64,000 bases of DNA from Candidatus Bathyarchaeia archaeon (GTDB lineage Archaea; Thermoproteota; Bathyarchaeia; Bathyarchaeales; Bathycorpusculaceae). The DNA lies in NCBI GenBank assembly GCA_038727135.1, contig JAVYWL010000001.1, positions 192,001-256,000 of the forward strand, in the 5' to 3' direction. The position numbers were made by a program, and so were the translations under genes. The stretch's first letter is position 1, and each line of letters opens with the position of its first letter. A model generated the notes under the pieces. It saw only the letters and a program-made list of their open reading frames with translations, ran no database searches and was not told where the DNA came from. Of this stretch, positions 17,454 to 27,447 are shown in pieces.

Positions 17454-18641
17454 CTAGATTTTGTTTAGGGCTTGTTTTAAGTCTGCGATTATGTCTTCTG
17501 GATCTTCTATTCCTAGGGCTAGGCGTACCAGTTGGTCTGTTATGCCAAGTTTTTGGCGTTGTTCTGGGGTTATGAAGTAGTGGGATGATGTTGCTGGCTG
17601 TGTTGCCAAGGTTTCTGTTCCTCCTAGGCTTGCCGCTAAAAGGCATAGTTTTAGGCTTTCCACAAACCGCACTGTTTTTTCAAAGTCCCCTTTAATTTCG
17701 AAGCTTACAACTCCGCCGAAGCCGCGCATCTGTTTTTTAGCTAGGCTGTGCTGCGGATGGCTCGGCAAACCCGGATAGTAGACTTTGGCGACTTTTGGAT
17801 GCTTTTCTAGGAATTTGGCTATTTGCATTCCATTTTGGTTGTGCCTCTCCATTCTTAATACAAGGGTTTTTAAGCCTCTTAGCAGAAGCCAAGCCGCTGC
17901 TGGGTCGAGGGTCCCGCCCAAAATTTTTCGGTTCCGCTTTAAATTTTGGACGAAATCCTTTGAGCCGCAGACGATTCCGGCAGTTATGTCGTTGTGTCCG
18001 CCCAAGTATTTTGTGGCGCTGTGAACAACCACGTCTATGCCAAACTTTATGGGCGTTAAATTGTATGGTGTGGCGAGGGTGCTGTCAACAACCGTTGTTA
18101 TGCCATGTTTTTTGGCTAGGGCTGCTAGACGCTGCAAATCCACAATTTTCAATGTTGGATTTGTGGGAGTTTCGGCGTAGACTAGCTTCGTGTTCTTTTT
18201 TATGGCTTTTTCCACTTCGCCTATTTCTGTAGCATCCACAAGAGTTACTTCAACCCCGAATTTTGGCAGAAACTCTTGGAAGAAGGTTAGGGTCCCGCCA
18301 TAAAGGTCTCTTGAAGCCACAATGTGGTCGCCCTTCGAAACAATTGTGAAGACAGTGGTTGTTATAGCCGCCATTCCAGAGGCGAAGGCAGCTGCATCCT
18401 CCGACCCCTCCAGAAGCGCCATTTTCCTTTCAACAGACCGCACAGTTGGGTTGTCAAACCTTGTGTACAGATAGCCTTCAGCCTTTCCGCTTATAACGTC
18501 AATTAGCTGTTTAGTGCTTTTGAAGGCGAAGACTGAGGTTTCATAAATTGGTGTAGCAACAGCCCCCACAGCGTCGGGTTTTTCTCCGCCATGGACAGCC
18601 TTTGTGGAAAAGCTATAATGCTTTGAAGTCATCCGGTTCAC
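17454..18641 (-). CDS. PLP-dependent Cys/Met metabolism enzyme (cystathionine gamma-synthase/lyase family)
   Basis: YTRFDNPT, ASGMAA, ETPTNP, HSATKYLGGH (PLP Lys), SLGG. Confidence 0.9.
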   Translation of the reverse strand: MNRMTSKHYSFSTKAVHGGEKPDAVGAVATPIYETSVFAFKSTKQLIDVISGKAEGYLYTRFDNPTVRSVERKMALLEGSEDAAAFASGMAAITTTVFTIVSKGDHIVASRDLYGGTLTFFQEFLPKFGVEVTLVDATEIGEVEKAIKKNTKLVYAETPTNPTLKIVDLQRLAALAKKHGITTVVDSTLATPYNLTPIKFGIDVVVHSATKYLGGHNDITAGIVCGSKDFVQNLKRNRKILGGTLDPAAAWLLLRGLKTLVLRMERHNQNGMQIAKFLEKHPKVAKVYYPGLPSHPQHSLAKKQMRGFGGVVSFEIKGDFEKTVRFVESLKLCLLAASLGGTETLATQPATSSHYFITPEQRQKLGITDQLVRLALGIEDPEDIIADLKQALNKI

Positions 18642-18738
18642 CCTTTAAATCATTGTTTCATGGCTTGTTTGAGAAATAACTTTTTAGGCTTGGCGCTAAT
18701 ATTTTAGACAAAACCGCTTGTTAGAGGTTTAGCACATC

Positions 18739-20421
18739 ATGTTTGATAGGCAGAAGATTGAGGAAATAGCCAAGGAAAGGGAACGCTGGGAAAAATCAAC
18801 ACTCCCCAACTGGATTAAGCAATGCCCAGAACGCCAAAAGGAGTTTAAGAATCATTCTGGAATGACGATTAAGGGCTTGTACACGCCAGAAGACATCAAA
18901 GACATGGATTACATGCGAGACTTGGGCTTTCCAGGCGAGTACCCCTTCACACGGGGTTTGCACGCCACCATGTATCGTGGACGCCTATGGACCATGCGAA
19001 TGTTCGCCGGCTACGGCACTGCGGAAGACACCAACAAACGCTTCAAATACTTGTTAAGTGAAGGCGAAACTGGGCTTAGCACGGCTTTCGACTATCCAAC
19101 GATTATGGGCTATGATTCTGACCACCCGATGGCTAGGGGCGAAGTTGGCGTATGCGGAGTAGCCATTTCATCACTTCAAGACATGGAAATCCTATTTGAT
19201 GGCATACCGCTGGACAAAGTTACAACGTCCATGACGATTAATGGTCCAGCTTCTGTTTTACTCGCCATGTATATTGCCGTAGGCGACAAGCAAGGCGTTC
19301 CACGAGAAAAATTGGGAGGCACAACACAAAACGACAATTTGAAGGAGTTCTTCGCCCAGAAGCTCTGCATTTTCCCGCCCAAGCCATCGCTTAAGCTTTC
19401 AGTCGACGTCATAGAATACTGTGCTAGGCACTTGCCGAAATGGAACCCCATAAGCATAAGTGGCTACCACATCCGGGAGGCTGGAGCCACGGCTGTTCAG
19501 GAGTTGGCTTTCACTCTTTATGACGGCATAGCCTATGTTGAAGAGACCCTTAAGAGGGGCTTGAAGGTGGACGATTTTGCGCCTCGCTTGTCCTTCTTCT
19601 TCGCTTCCCACAACGACTTCTTTGAGGAAATAGCCAAATTCCGCGCCGCCAGACGCCTCTGGGCTAAGATAATGAAGGAGAGGTTCCATGCGAAAAATCC
19701 GCGTTCCATGTGGATGCGCATGCACGTCCAAACTTCGGGCTGCACCTTAACCGCTCAGCAGCCTTTAAACAATATTGTCCGCACAACAATTCAGGCTTTA
19801 GCCGCTGTTCTCGGCGGAACCCAGTCGCTTCACACAAACTCTTTTGACGAGGCTTTATGCTTGCCCACAGAAGAATCCGTGAGGGTGGCGTTAAGAACCC
19901 AACAGATATTAGCCTACGAAAGCGGAGTGGCAAACACTGTGGACCCGCTTGCCGGCTCCTACTACGTGGAGGCTTTAACCAACGAGATGGAGGAGAAGGC
20001 CATGGAATACATCCAAAAAATCGACGACATGGGAGGAGTAATCCCAGCCATAGAGAAGGGCTTCTTCCAGAGGGAAATAGCCGACAGCGCCTACCGCTAC
20101 CAGCGGGAGATAGAGGAGAAAAAGCGCATAATAGTGGGCGTCAACGAATACGCCATAGAGGGCGAAGAAATTCCAATTAAGCTTTTGAGGGTTGACCCAA
20201 GCGTTGAGAAAAAGCAGATAGAGCGCCTTCAGAAACTGCGAAGAGAACGTGACAATAGAAAGGTTAAGGAAGTGCTTGAAAAACTTCACTATGCAGCCGA
20301 GAAGGAAGAGAATCTTATGCCAACCATTATTGAGGCTGTTAAGGCTTACGCCACATTGGGCGAAATAATGGATGTCCTGCGAAAAGTTTACGGAGAATAC
20401 AGAGAACTAATAGTAATCTAA
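18739..20421 (+). CDS. B12-dependent acyl-CoA mutase large subunit (methylmalonyl-CoA mutase family, isobutyryl-CoA mutase-like residues)
   Basis: [39 protein letters not shown]. Confidence 0.92.
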   Translation: MFDRQKIEEIAKERERWEKSTLPNWIKQCPERQKEFKNHSGMTIKGLYTPEDIKDMDYMRDLGFPGEYPFTRGLHATMYRGRLWTMRMFAGYGTAEDTNKRFKYLLSEGETGLSTAFDYPTIMGYDSDHPMARGEVGVCGVAISSLQDMEILFDGIPLDKVTTSMTINGPASVLLAMYIAVGDKQGVPREKLGGTTQNDNLKEFFAQKLCIFPPKPSLKLSVDVIEYCARHLPKWNPISISGYHIREAGATAVQELAFTLYDGIAYVEETLKRGLKVDDFAPRLSFFFASHNDFFEEIAKFRAARRLWAKIMKERFHAKNPRSMWMRMHVQTSGCTLTAQQPLNNIVRTTIQALAAVLGGTQSLHTNSFDEALCLPTEESVRVALRTQQILAYESGVANTVDPLAGSYYVEALTNEMEEKAMEYIQKIDDMGGVIPAIEKGFFQREIADSAYRYQREIEEKKRIIVGVNEYAIEGEEIPIKLLRVDPSVEKKQIERLQKLRRERDNRKVKEVLEKLHYAAEKEENLMPTIIEAVKAYATLGEIMDVLRKVYGEYRELIVI

Positions 20422-20422
20422 A

Positions 20423-20848
20423 ATGGGGGAAGCAGAAATGAGCGAAAGTGGAAGAAAAATAAGGGTTTTGATAGCCAAGCCGGGACTGGACAGCCACGAC
20501 AGAGGAGCAAAGGTTGTTGCAAGAGCCTTACGTGACGCCGGAATGGAGGTAATATACACAGGGTTGAGGCAGACGCCAGAACAAATTGTTGAAACAGCCC
20601 TGCAAGAGGATGTCGATGTCATCGGCTTAAGCATCTTGTCAGGAGCGCACATGGCACTTTTCCCGAGGATAATGGAACTGTTGAAAGAGAAGGGCTTGAC
20701 AGACGTTTTAGTGTTTGCAGGAGGAATAATCCCAGAGGAAGACGTCCCAGAGCTTAAAAAGATTGGGATAAGAGAGGTTTTTGGACCCGGAACCCCAACG
20801 GACAAGATTGTAAAATATGTGTTGGAGAATGCGCCAAAAAGAAGATAA
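20423..20848 (+). CDS. Acyl-CoA mutase small subunit, cobalamin-binding domain
   Basis: [10 protein letters not shown] (DxHxxG), [19 protein letters not shown]. Confidence 0.92.
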   Translation: MGEAEMSESGRKIRVLIAKPGLDSHDRGAKVVARALRDAGMEVIYTGLRQTPEQIVETALQEDVDVIGLSILSGAHMALFPRIMELLKEKGLTDVLVFAGGIIPEEDVPELKKIGIREVFGPGTPTDKIVKYVLENAPKRR

Positions 20849-20864
20849 AAGCCGGTAAAAGCCA

Positions 20865-21812
20865 TTGCAGAAAATTGAGGAAATAGCCAAAGGCGTGCTC
20901 GCCGGGGACAAAAGAAGCATAGCAAAAGCCATAACCATAGCCGAGAACAGCCCAGAAGGAGCCCAACGCTTAATTGCGATGGTTTACCCCCACACAGGAA
21001 AAGCCCACATAATAGGCTTGACCGGTCCTGGGGGTTCTGGAAAAAGCACTTTAATAGAGAAGATGGTCCGCGAATATAGGCGGATAGGAAAAACTGTCGG
21101 CGTGATAGCCGTTGACCCAACAAGCCCCTTCACGGGCGGAGCCTTCTTGGGCGATAGAATCCGCATGCAAGAGCTAAGCACGGACGAGGGTGTTTTTATT
21201 CGCAGCATGGCGACAAGAAACAATCCGGGAGGAATAGCCAAAGCCACAAAGGACGCCGTGAAAATACTTGACGCTTCTGGAAAAGATATAATAATTGTTG
21301 AAACAGTCGGCGCTGGACAGTCAGAAGTGGAAATAATCAAAGTGGCGCAAACAATAGTTGTTATTCACGCACCAGGACTCGGCGACGAGATTCAAGCCAT
21401 AAAGGCTGGGATAATGGAGATCGCCGACATATTCGTTGTTAATAAGGCTGACCGTGAAAACGCTGACAAAGCTGTGATGGACCTTCAAGCCATGCTGCAG
21501 CTGGATAATAAGGAGAAGGCTTGGACGCCGCCGATAATAAAGACCGTCGCCCTCACCGGCGAAGGCGTCCCACAATTGATAGAGAAGATAGAGGAGCATT
21601 GGCAATACCTCCAAAAGGGACCTTTACACAAAAGAAGCTTGGAAAAGGCTGAGGCTGAGCTTGTTGAAGCCATAAAGGATAAGGTGACAAGCTCGATAAT
21701 CGAGAAACTGAAGCGGGAAAAACGCTTCGAGGAGATTTTAAGGCGAATTGTCGAACGAGAAATAGACCCAGCGTCAGCCGCGGAAAAACTTCTAAATCAA
21801 ATGTTAGAGTAG
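20865..21812 (+). CDS. meaB: MeaB/ArgK GTPase chaperone of B12 mutases
   Basis: GPGGSGKST, AVDPTSP, LGDRIRM, ETVGAGQSE, NKAD. Confidence 0.92.
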   Translation: MQKIEEIAKGVLAGDKRSIAKAITIAENSPEGAQRLIAMVYPHTGKAHIIGLTGPGGSGKSTLIEKMVREYRRIGKTVGVIAVDPTSPFTGGAFLGDRIRMQELSTDEGVFIRSMATRNNPGGIAKATKDAVKILDASGKDIIIVETVGAGQSEVEIIKVAQTIVVIHAPGLGDEIQAIKAGIMEIADIFVVNKADRENADKAVMDLQAMLQLDNKEKAWTPPIIKTVALTGEGVPQLIEKIEEHWQYLQKGPLHKRSLEKAEAELVEAIKDKVTSSIIEKLKREKRFEEILRRIVEREIDPASAAEKLLNQMLE

Positions 21813-21827
21813 AGGGCTGAAAAGGCG

Positions 21828-22358
21828 ATGCCGAAGCTTGAAAGGGGTCTTGTGCAAGTCTACACCGGAGATGGGAAAGGCAAAACTTCAGCAGCTTTCG
21901 GGTTGGCTTTAAGGGCTATAGGTAGAGGCCTAAAAGTCTACATTATACAGTTTATAAAAGGCGGATTCGACTACGGGGAACTCTACATTGTTGATAGGCT
22001 GCCAAATCTCACATTGAAAGCCTTTGGAAGGGGAAAATTTGTCACAACGCAACCACCATCGGAAGAGGACGTGAAGCTTGCGGAAGAAGCCCTCCGGCTA
22101 GCGGAAAAAACCATCAAAAGCGGGGAATACGACCTAGTTATACTAGACGAGATTAATGTGGCTTTGAACCTCAAACTCATAAGCCTAGAAAAGGTTTTGG
22201 AACTTATTGAGAGCAAGCCGAAACACGTGGAGCTGGTTTTAACTGGACGTTATGCACCCAAGGAGATAATTGATGTTGCAGACCTCGTCACAGAAATGCG
22301 GGAAGTTAAACACCCCTTTAAGAAGGGATGCCAAGCGAGGGAAGGAATAGAGTTTTGA
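21828..22358 (+). CDS. cobO: Cob(I)yrinic acid a,c-diamide adenosyltransferase (CobO/BtuR type)
   Basis: VYTGDGKGKT, QFIKG, LDEIN, LTGR, KHP...GIEF. Confidence 0.92.
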   Translation: MPKLERGLVQVYTGDGKGKTSAAFGLALRAIGRGLKVYIIQFIKGGFDYGELYIVDRLPNLTLKAFGRGKFVTTQPPSEEDVKLAEEALRLAEKTIKSGEYDLVILDEINVALNLKLISLEKVLELIESKPKHVELVLTGRYAPKEIIDVADLVTEMREVKHPFKKGCQAREGIEF

Positions 22359-22370
22359 AGATGACGCGCA

Positions 22371-22997
22371 ATGCCGAATGCGGAAAAAGAGGCAAAACAA
22401 AATTTTTCAGATGTTATTAAAACTTCGTGGGTTAGGTCCGCCATAATCGTTGGGCTAATTTTTCTCGCCATAGGAATAGCCGCCATATTCATATTCAAAG
22501 CCATAAACATTGGCAGTTTTCAAATAATTTCAGATGTAAAGGCTTTTGCGAAGGATTACGGTGTTTTAGGGGTTTTCCTCGCCACAATACTTGCCGGAAC
22601 CGTTGTCCCGCTTGGAAGCCCAGCACTCGTGGTGGCGGCAGCCTCACTAGGAATCCATCCATTGCCGCTAGTGGTTGCCGCAACAACCGGCTTCACTATA
22701 GGCATGACAATAAATTATTATTTGGCTTACCGTTTGGGAAGACCATTTGTAATTAAAAAGGTGGGCGCTGAAAAACTTGAGGAAGCCATATTTTTATGGA
22801 GCCGTTGGGGCTGGATTCTTTATACGCTGTTTGGTTTAGTTCCATTTCTGCCAGTGGAGTTTTTGGCTCTGGTCTACGGACTTTTAAAAGCAAGTATCAA
22901 AACCTTTCTTCTTTTGAGTTTTACGCCTAGGCTAATAGTTTTTGCAGTTCTCGCATATTTTGGAGAAGCCATCGGAGGCTGGATTGGAATAATTTAG
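22371..22997 (+). CDS. DedA/VTT-domain membrane protein
   Basis: Hydrophobic; G...NYYLAYRLGR, VPFLP pattern. Confidence 0.75.
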   Translation: MPNAEKEAKQNFSDVIKTSWVRSAIIVGLIFLAIGIAAIFIFKAINIGSFQIISDVKAFAKDYGVLGVFLATILAGTVVPLGSPALVVAAASLGIHPLPLVVAATTGFTIGMTINYYLAYRLGRPFVIKKVGAEKLEEAIFLWSRWGWILYTLFGLVPFLPVEFLALVYGLLKASIKTFLLLSFTPRLIVFAVLAYFGEAIGGWIGII

Positions 22998-23038
22998 GTT
23001 GGCTTTTAGGCACAAGGTGCTAGCGAATGATAAGCTGA

Positions 23039-23278
23039 CTAAGTTCTTATGGGTGGCGGAACAGCAATAAGGGTTTGTGTGCGGCGAACACCCCTAATCT
23101 GCTGAACCCTTTCAATTATTTTTCCAAGCTCCTCAACCTTCGCAAACTCCACGTAAGCAACAACGTCAAACTGTCCAGTCACAGCATGAGCCATCTTAAC
23201 ACCATCAATTTTTAGGGCTGCTTCGGCAACCTCCCAAATCATGCCAGCCTCAGCATTTATCAAAATGTAAGCTTCCAA
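23039..23278 (-). CDS. Stand-alone Lrp/AsnC ligand-binding (RAM) domain protein
   Basis: AYILINAEAG...AVTGQFDVVA...GVRRTQT; probable TTG start at 23278 within ORF 23039-23341. Confidence 0.82.
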   Translation of the reverse strand: MEAYILINAEAGMIWEVAEAALKIDGVKMAHAVTGQFDVVAYVEFAKVEELGKIIERVQQIRGVRRTQTLIAVPPPIRT

Positions 23279-23343
23279 ACCGTTCAAACCCCCTTTATAC
23301 TGTAATCGGTTGGTTGTGCATAAAAAATTTGGCAAAATCAAGG

Positions 23344-23958
23344 TTACTTTTGTTGAGCACGTCTAAGAAAGTTTCTGAGGGCGTTTCTAATCTCTTTCAA
23401 TGTTAGGATTCTCTGCTGGAATTCTGGTTTGAAGGGGTGGGTTTCGCTTTCAAGAAGCTCTTTTAGGCGGGCGTAATAGGCTTCAAACTCTTCTGGTGTG
23501 TTGCTCTTAAATTTGAAGATGGCTGTTCCGCCCTTTGGGTTTTCCCAGCGCTTGTCATAGGCTTCTATGGGGCGGGCGGTGCCAAACCGTTCAAGGCTTC
23601 TCTCGATCAAAATTTCCTTCTCAACGCTGAAAACTACGAGTAGGCTGTTAACGGGTGAAACCTTCGATGTTAAAAGAAATTCTCGGGTCACATTGTCTGG
23701 GGCTGTGGAGTCTATAACGACGCTGTAGCCTTTCTTTAGGAGGATATCTCGCATTTCGGCAGTAAGTGAATAAACAAGAAATTCATCGCGGCATGGAAAA
23801 CCCTCATAAAAGAGCATTTGTCTCAACTCGTCAACGCCTATTCTGGCTATGTATGGATAATCGGCGACAAGCCTCTTGGCAAGCATAGTTTTGCCAGAAC
23901 CTGGATAGCCGCTTAAAACGATTAGCCACAAACCCTTGAGACTATCGTCCATAGCCAA
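23344..23958 (-). CDS. P-loop kinase-like protein (AAA_33-like)
   Basis: SGYPGSGKT Walker A, DELR, VVIDST. Confidence 0.75.
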   Translation of the reverse strand: MAMDDSLKGLWLIVLSGYPGSGKTMLAKRLVADYPYIARIGVDELRQMLFYEGFPCRDEFLVYSLTAEMRDILLKKGYSVVIDSTAPDNVTREFLLTSKVSPVNSLLVVFSVEKEILIERSLERFGTARPIEAYDKRWENPKGGTAIFKFKSNTPEEFEAYYARLKELLESETHPFKPEFQQRILTLKEIRNALRNFLRRAQQK

Positions 23959-24045
23959 CCCTCACACAACCGCCCAGTTGAGGCTCAAAATCTCAAAATT
24001 AAGTGCCTTAAAAATTTAAAGACTAAAGAAATAAGATGGGAAGTT

Positions 24046-25083
24046 TTAGGATAGTTTTTCTCCACAGTTTGGACAGAACTTGGCTCCGGCTTGAACCTCG
24101 CTTCCACACTTTGGACACTTGGCTGTTGCTTGCAGCGGGCTTCCGCAGTTTATGCAGAACCTGGCTCCAGCAGGGTTTGATGTCCCACATTTGGGACAGT
24201 TAACCCCTCCAACAGCTTGCAGTGGCGCGCCACAGTTGCTGCAGAACTTTGCCGTCTGTGGATTCTGGAAATTACATTTCGGACATAACACCATTGGTGC
24301 TGCTGGCGCCGGTGTTGGTGCTGGCTGAAGCACTTGTGGAAGTATCACCGCTCCAGCTCCCACAGCTGCTCCTGGGCTTTTGGATAAGCTTTCAGCCGAT
24401 TTTTGGACGGTCTCCATCCTCAGAACGTCGGTTGCTGCAACACCGGTCTTTACATAGAACAGCCTATCTCTCCATTCAGGCGTTGTGTCAATTCCCTCAA
24501 ATTTAACATCTATAAGCTCAAGACCTACCCTCGAGAAGGCGTCGAAAAGGGCGTTTTTAGCCACAAGGCTTGTTTCGTCCAGCTTTCCATAAACCTCCGC
24601 CAGCGAGTACTGGCTTAGAGTGTCAATAAGCCTCTCATTGAAATAGCCCCTCAAAAAGTCTTGAAGCTTATCGGTTGTGAAGACCCCTTGTCCGCCCACC
24701 ACTTCGTTAACGAAGAGGTTTGGCTCCTCAACCCTAAACCAGAAGCTTCCAAAGAACTTTATTGGGGCAAGCTCCTTAGTCTGGCTTTGGGCGCCGAACC
24801 TTCCTTGAAACTGTTTAAGTGAGATGAAAATTACGGTGCATCTAAAGGGGACCTTATCAAAACCAGCAATTTTAGACAACACTTTTGTTAGTAGCGGGAG
24901 ATTTGCCGTTGTCAAAACGTGACGCCCAGCCCTAAAAACATCGTAGGCTTTTCCATCTCTGAAGAAGACTGCAGCCTCATACTCGTGGACTATCAGGTTG
25001 TCTCCCCAAGCTATTTCTTCATTTGGATATCTCCAAACTATGTCCCCTTCCCTTGCTCCCGTCCACTCAATAACTTTTGGCAT
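24046..25083 (-). CDS. SPFH domain protein (YdjI-like) with three C-terminal zinc ribbons
   Basis: LIVHEYEAAVFFRDGK, GRHVLTTANLP; three CPKC-x10-FCxNCG repeats. Confidence 0.85.
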   Translation of the reverse strand: MPKVIEWTGAREGDIVWRYPNEEIAWGDNLIVHEYEAAVFFRDGKAYDVFRAGRHVLTTANLPLLTKVLSKIAGFDKVPFRCTVIFISLKQFQGRFGAQSQTKELAPIKFFGSFWFRVEEPNLFVNEVVGGQGVFTTDKLQDFLRGYFNERLIDTLSQYSLAEVYGKLDETSLVAKNALFDAFSRVGLELIDVKFEGIDTTPEWRDRLFYVKTGVAATDVLRMETVQKSAESLSKSPGAAVGAGAVILPQVLQPAPTPAPAAPMVLCPKCNFQNPQTAKFCSNCGAPLQAVGGVNCPKCGTSNPAGARFCINCGSPLQATAKCPKCGSEVQAGAKFCPNCGEKLS

Positions 25084-25100
25084 TCAACCTCACCTCCCTT

Positions 25101-25640
25101 CTAGCCTTGCAACCCCCTAAGAATTTCTGACCTCTGGTCAATCAGCCTATCCAACTCCTCAACCTTTGATGTTAAATCGTCCATGGCTTGCCTCCATTCG
25201 CCCCCGCCAACACTCATCTTAACAACTTTCTCAACGTCTAACCTTATGGATTCAGCCTTCTCAATAAGGTTTACATCGTACTGGAGAACTTGGTCAAGCT
25301 TGTCCTCCCGCACCTTAACCGCATCGAACATCCCGGCATATCCAGCAACAGCCCTATCTATTCTTTGGGTTACCCTATCAAGACGTGATAATAGCACCTC
25401 ATACCTGTATGTGTCTTCTCCCGAAAGCCTCTGAGCAACAGACGGGTTTGCGAAGCTTCTCCTAAAAATTGTTTTTGCATCCTTAAGTCTATTCACAACT
25501 TCCATGCGGACGAGGCGGTCACTTTCCCTTCGAAGTTCCTTCTCCTTGTAGCCTCTGTATCCCGGAATATAGCTCATGATTCTCTCTAGGAGGCTTCTTT
25601 CTCCGCGAACCTTTTCCAAATATTCTTTCCCGCTCATCAC
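25101..25640 (-). CDS. Conserved alpha-helical hypothetical protein
   Basis: IPGYRGYKEKELRRESD motif; helical; overlaps the upstream gene by 4 nt. Confidence 0.7.
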   Translation of the reverse strand: MMSGKEYLEKVRGERSLLERIMSYIPGYRGYKEKELRRESDRLVRMEVVNRLKDAKTIFRRSFANPSVAQRLSGEDTYRYEVLLSRLDRVTQRIDRAVAGYAGMFDAVKVREDKLDQVLQYDVNLIEKAESIRLDVEKVVKMSVGGGEWRQAMDDLTSKVEELDRLIDQRSEILRGLQG

Positions 25641-25984
25641 TTACCCTTCTTGTAGGCAGCTATACCTATGACAGCCATCATAATTAAAAGTATCCCCAGA
25701 ACTAGAAGCGGTGGCACGACCGCGTAGGTTGCTGAAACAACACCAACACATGTCATGATAATTCCCCAGACAAGATGGTAAATTGGGTCTTTACGGCTGA
25801 AAAACGCGTAAAATAACGTGTAAACTCCTAAGGGACCAAAAATCCAGAATGGGATGTTAAGATAGTCGAAGGGAATTATATTAACGCTGTAGACAACAGC
25901 CGCCAGACCTAAGGAAGCGACAAGAACTGCGAGGGCGCCCGCGCCATAGCCGAGTGAAGATGATTTTCTCTCAGATTCCAACAT
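25637..25984 (-). CDS. Small four-TM membrane protein
   Basis: Four hydrophobic segments; GGAGGAG RBS before the ATG. Confidence 0.7.
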   Translation of the reverse strand: MLESERKSSSLGYGAGALAVLVASLGLAAVVYSVNIIPFDYLNIPFWIFGPLGVYTLFYAFFSRKDPIYHLVWGIIMTCVGVVSATYAVVPPLLVLGILLIMMAVIGIAAYKKGK

Positions 25985-26090
25985 TTCTCCTCCAAACGTG
26001 TAATGATTATTTCTAGCATTGCCTATTAAGGTTTCACAAATTATGGGCTGGATGGAAGTTTAACCGTTGTAGAAACGTTTTCAGCGGGGC

Positions 26091-26789
26091 TTACTCTAGG
26101 ATTAGCGGGTATATTTCTTTAGCCACGTATTCTAGGTATTTCTCCTTATCCGTTAGGTTGAATATGGTTACCGAGGCATCCCTTGTTATGCCAACCACAT
26201 AGCCGTACTCTCTTGCTCTAGCTACAATGTACCATAGGTCGCCGTGCTTGCAGTAGTCCTCAAAAAGCGAGGTGTTCACCAAGTCCGGTCCATAAAGCGA
26301 AAGCTTGTTCACGTTGGGAATATCCACATTATCAAAAAACGTGATTTTTGTGTCTTCCGGGTTTTTTAGGTGGAACTCGCGGAGGGTTTCTGGCGGTATG
26401 CGGGCTTCCACTATTCCGCCAATTTTGTCAAATAAAATTTCGCTAAGCTTGTTAGCTATAAAATTGGCTAGGCGTTTTTTCTCAACAACTGTCAGGAATG
26501 TGGCGTCTTCCAGTTTGGAAAAACTGAAGAGGGCTTCAACTGTGCGGGGTAGAGGCGCGACTTTGCCTCTGTGGAAGACGTGGATTATGTAGTCGTGGGA
26601 GTATACGCCCCTAAGCATGTTCTCTTCTGGTTTTGGGAGAAGCCCCACAACTTCTGTTACAAGCGTGAACTTGTAGTCGCCCTCCTCATAGGATTCCTCA
26701 ACGCGGTAGCCCTCAAGCCTAGAAGCAACCTCGTCCAGCGGAAGCGGTTCTGAAAGCCTAAAAACCTTGCCGGCAACAACCATCAACAC
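26091..26789 (-). CDS. Hypothetical protein
   Basis: 232 aa ORF with normal globular composition; no recognised motif. Confidence 0.65.
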   Translation of the reverse strand: MLMVVAGKVFRLSEPLPLDEVASRLEGYRVEESYEEGDYKFTLVTEVVGLLPKPEENMLRGVYSHDYIIHVFHRGKVAPLPRTVEALFSFSKLEDATFLTVVEKKRLANFIANKLSEILFDKIGGIVEARIPPETLREFHLKNPEDTKITFFDNVDIPNVNKLSLYGPDLVNTSLFEDYCKHGDLWYIVARAREYGYVVGITRDASVTIFNLTDKEKYLEYVAKEIYPLILE

Positions 26790-26882
26790 ATCGCCAAAAA
26801 CGTATAATGCGCGTTGAAGACTAAAGCCTTACGCTTAGGGCTTTGGAACATTTATGTCATCTACCAAACTAAATACGTGATT

Positions 26883-27055
26883 ATGAGCTACACCCGGAAC
26901 AGGTTAAACTCTACCTAAAGGATTTGGTCGAGAGGTTTAATAGGCATAGGATATGGTACGTGATTGTTGGAGCAATACCGGTGCATTTTTATGGCAGACA
27001 TGGGTGAAAGAATGGACTGGATTACCTAATGAGAAGGGCTTGGCGCACCTCATAA
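26883..27055 (+). pseudogene. Possible degraded nucleotidyltransferase fragment
   Basis: With one frameshift reads MSYT-PEQVKLYLKDLVERFNRHRIWYVIVGAIPVHFYGR, then a stop and LDYLMRRA. Confidence 0.35.
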
Positions 27056-27077
27056 AGTATTACCGGGAGGGATTGAA

Positions 27078-27323
27078 ATGGAAGGCAAGTTAAAGTCGCC
27101 AATTTATAGGGATGGAATACTTTTCTGCTCCTATTGTCGCTCACCACTCTTAACGATTAAGGAAACCTATTTTAGGTTTAAGTGCGCCGTGTGCCAAAGG
27201 CCCCTTGGAAAACTTACAATGGCGACTTTGAAGAGGATGTTTGATGACTTTCCAAAGGAATTGGCAAAAGAATGGACGCTGGAGATGGAGGCTAGGAAAA
27301 AGCTTAGCCATGGCAAATTTTAA
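27078..27323 (+). CDS. Small C4 zinc-finger protein
   Basis: CSYC...CAVC; GGAGG RBS upstream. Confidence 0.6.
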   Translation: MEGKLKSPIYRDGILFCSYCRSPLLTIKETYFRFKCAVCQRPLGKLTMATLKRMFDDFPKELAKEWTLEMEARKKLSHGKF

Positions 27324-27447
27324 CAGTCCAAGAATTTGTTAAAATTATTGGTTTGCCTTTGTTGCTGGTTGCCTAATTGCTTTAATAAGAGTTTTTATCC
27401 CTATTTCATACTGCATAAGGGTAAGGCGTTAGAGGAAAAGAAGTCAG

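Noticed and set aside
17454-18641. Methionine gamma-lyase specifically
   Set aside because: Has LYGGT rather than the YGCT Cys typical of MGL; only the family is supportable
18739-20421. Plain methylmalonyl-CoA mutase call
   Set aside because: Phe and Gln occupy the Tyr89/Arg207 positions, and no epimerase is adjacent
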